Source: a virus
Lineage: Duplodnaviria > Caudoviricetes
Reading direction: 5' to 3' (one strand)
DNA length: 56,040 nt
IMG/VR virus record: IMGVR_UViG_3300003937_000295
Span: 1 to 56,040 of that record
Shown here: positions 54,708 through 56,040 of the stretch, one piece after another
Numbering within the stretch: position 1 is the stretch's first letter
Layout of the letters: the number at the start of each line of letters is the position of its first letter
Program-made: the position numbers and the translations under genes
The notes under the pieces: model-generated
The model's input: only the letters and a program-made list of their open reading frames with translations
The model's database searches: none
What the model was told of the DNA's origin: nothing

Positions 54708-54791
54708 TCAAGGAGTGGTGGTCGGTCTAGGAGGTGGTCTGAATGGACAGTCTGGACATCCAGCACCACAACATCCTCTATTCGTGATCAC
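54708..54791 (-). CDS. 27-aa Cys4 micropeptide (CCGxGCxxCP)
   Basis: GTG start overlapping upstream gene; MITNRGCCGAGCPDCPFRPPPRPTTTP. Confidence 0.5.
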   Translation of the reverse strand: MITNRGCCGAGCPDCPFRPPPRPTTTP

Positions 54792-54999
54792 TAAAGTGAT
54801 TCTGAATAACTTCAATACGCTCTTCTTCGTGAGCAATGATATCTAATTGTTCCTGAATAGCACCAAGTACATCAGGGTGCTCACCAATACCGGCAGGGTT
54901 GTGTAGGTATACTTCTACGTTTGCTTTTGCTTTGGCAATGTTACCTTGAGCATCAGCAAGTAAGGCATCTAACATTTTAACGCGAAGATTGCAAGACAT
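54778..54999 (-). CDS. Conserved phage hypothetical protein
   Basis: ANVEVYL.NP.GIGEHPD. Confidence 0.75.
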   Translation of the reverse strand: MSCNLRVKMLDALLADAQGNIAKAKANVEVYLHNPAGIGEHPDVLGAIQEQLDIIAHEEERIEVIQNHFSDHE

Positions 55000-55289
55000 T
55001 AGTAAAGTTCCTCTTCTTTTTCAGTTTCAATCACACAATCAGATGTGGGATAGGACACACATGTAAGTAAAAATCCTGCCTCAAGTTGATCATCATCCAA
55101 GAAAGATTGATCGCTCTGATCAACAGTGCCACTCACAATTTTACCAGCACAGGAAGAGCAGGCACCAGCACGACAAGAGTAATTAATATCAACTCCTGCT
55201 TCTTCAGCAGCGTCCAGGATGTATTGATCGTCTTCACACTGAATAGTATGATCTCCTTCAGTTGTCTTGAGTGTAATAGTGAATGTCAT
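54999..55289 (-). CDS. petF: 2Fe-2S plant-type ferredoxin
   Basis: [40 protein letters not shown]. Confidence 0.96.
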   Translation of the reverse strand: MTFTITLKTTEGDHTIQCEDDQYILDAAEEAGVDINYSCRAGACSSCAGKIVSGTVDQSDQSFLDDDQLEAGFLLTCVSYPTSDCVIETEKEEELY

Positions 55290-55310
55290 AATGATACGAT
55301 TGATTGTTTT

Positions 55311-55520
55311 TTATTTATTAAAGAGATCTTCCAGTTTTTCTCTGGATAGATCTACATACATCAACTCTTCACCTGCTTGTGGTGCTTCAGGGTGACGTGG
55401 TTTAGGAGTCCTCATCTCTACGTTAATAGATTGAATGTTAGCCCACATCATAGCGAAGGCACCACCGGCAATGAGAGCAAAGCATATAAAGTATAGCGTG
55501 ACTTCAAAACTATTCATCAT
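55311..55520 (-). CDS. DUF2973-like membrane protein
   Basis: LY..F..IAGGAFAMMW.N; RHPE. Confidence 0.7.
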   Translation of the reverse strand: MMNSFEVTLYFICFALIAGGAFAMMWANIQSINVEMRTPKPRHPEAPQAGEELMYVDLSREKLEDLFNK

Positions 55521-55762
55521 GCTTCCTGTAGAGATTGAACTGTGTTGTGAAGTTCTCCAATGTCACGGAGACCTTCAACGCTGAACCATGGGGCATTCGC
55601 CCAACTAAATCCTTCACCCATAGTGCTATCGGGTGCTGTGATATACCAATGACAAGATGTGTCTGGTACATCTACTGCACACTTAGACCAATCGTCACTC
55701 CACTGTGGAACTTGTACCCACATTAGTGCAGCGAACATAAAAGTGAATAGAGATTTAATCAT
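55517..55762 (-). CDS. Hypothetical protein
   Basis: WVQVPQWSDDWSKCAVD..CHWY. Confidence 0.7.
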   Translation of the reverse strand: MIKSLFTFMFAALMWVQVPQWSDDWSKCAVDVPDTSCHWYITAPDSTMGEGFSWANAPWFSVEGLRDIGELHNTVQSLQEA

Positions 55763-56040
55763 TTGTGAGTCTCCGTTTTATGAGATGATCTAGTGAGAAA
55801 TTGCCCCCGCCATTGAGAACGATACATGCTGCAGCTCCCCAGTAAAGAACTAGAAGTTCTAACAAATAGATATTAAATCCAGATGTAACTAGGGCATGAT
55901 AAATTGCGAATGATATTGTACCTAAGATTGCCAAGGCACCTAGACGAGTGCCGAGTCCAAAGATAACCAACCAACTCCCCACAATCTCAGAGAATGCTGC
56001 GAAGTATGAGGAGAAGATTGGGAATGGAAGATGCAATGGT
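55755..56040 (-). CDS. DoxX-family membrane protein, partial (starts beyond window)
   Basis: AA.SEI.G..GL.TRLGA..EL..Y..G.G.FSLD. Confidence 0.8.
   Translation of the reverse strand, partial: PLHLPFPIFSSYFAAFSEIVGSWLVIFGLGTRLGALAILGTISFAIYHALVTSGFNIYLLELLVLYWGAAACIVLNGGGNFSLDHLIKRRLTND

Noticed and set aside
1559-55726. Many short antisense or alternate-frame ORFs in the track (e.g. 13597+, 15471+, 28051+, 40311+, 45988+)
   Set aside because: Shadows of well-supported genes; no SD or recognisable motifs
1-56040. CRISPR array, diversity-generating retroelement, integrase or IS
   Set aside because: No spaced repeat array, reverse transcriptase, recombinase or transposase motif seen; the 59-bp repeat has no adenine-specific mismatches

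Overview
Fragment of a T4-like marine cyanomyovirus genome (Kyanoviridae-like, probably infecting Synechococcus), AT-rich and coded mostly on the minus strand. Left to right: (i) a mosaic tail-fibre island (1-5.4 kb); (ii) an ADP-heptose-type nucleotide-sugar cluster with a GT9-like glycosyltransferase and a NodU/CmcH carbamoyltransferase (5.4-11.5 kb), directly beside two very Cys-rich virion-type proteins and more fibre genes (11.5-22.8 kb); (iii) tRNA-Leu(UAA); (iv) baseplate and tail genes (gp5-like, CP12, gp27-like hub, tape-measure-like pair, gp51/gp26, tube-like, gp4, gp2, gp48, gp53); (v) gp32, gp59, gp33, exonuclease, phoH, thyX; (vi) tandem glutamine-II (Downstream-peptide) riboswitch-like aptamers, the second enclosing a whole ORF; (vii) a purS/purM/purC/speD/denV region with several deletion scars; (viii) auxiliary metabolic genes (glutaredoxin, ndhP, truncated gnd, talC, petE, petF, DoxX). 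Best leads: a candidate virion S-glycosylation (carbamoyl-heptose) system, an ORF nested in a riboswitch aptamer, and a lambda G/GT-like -1 frameshift joining gp26 to gp51. All family calls rest on motif recognition and recalled homologues; no database search was run.
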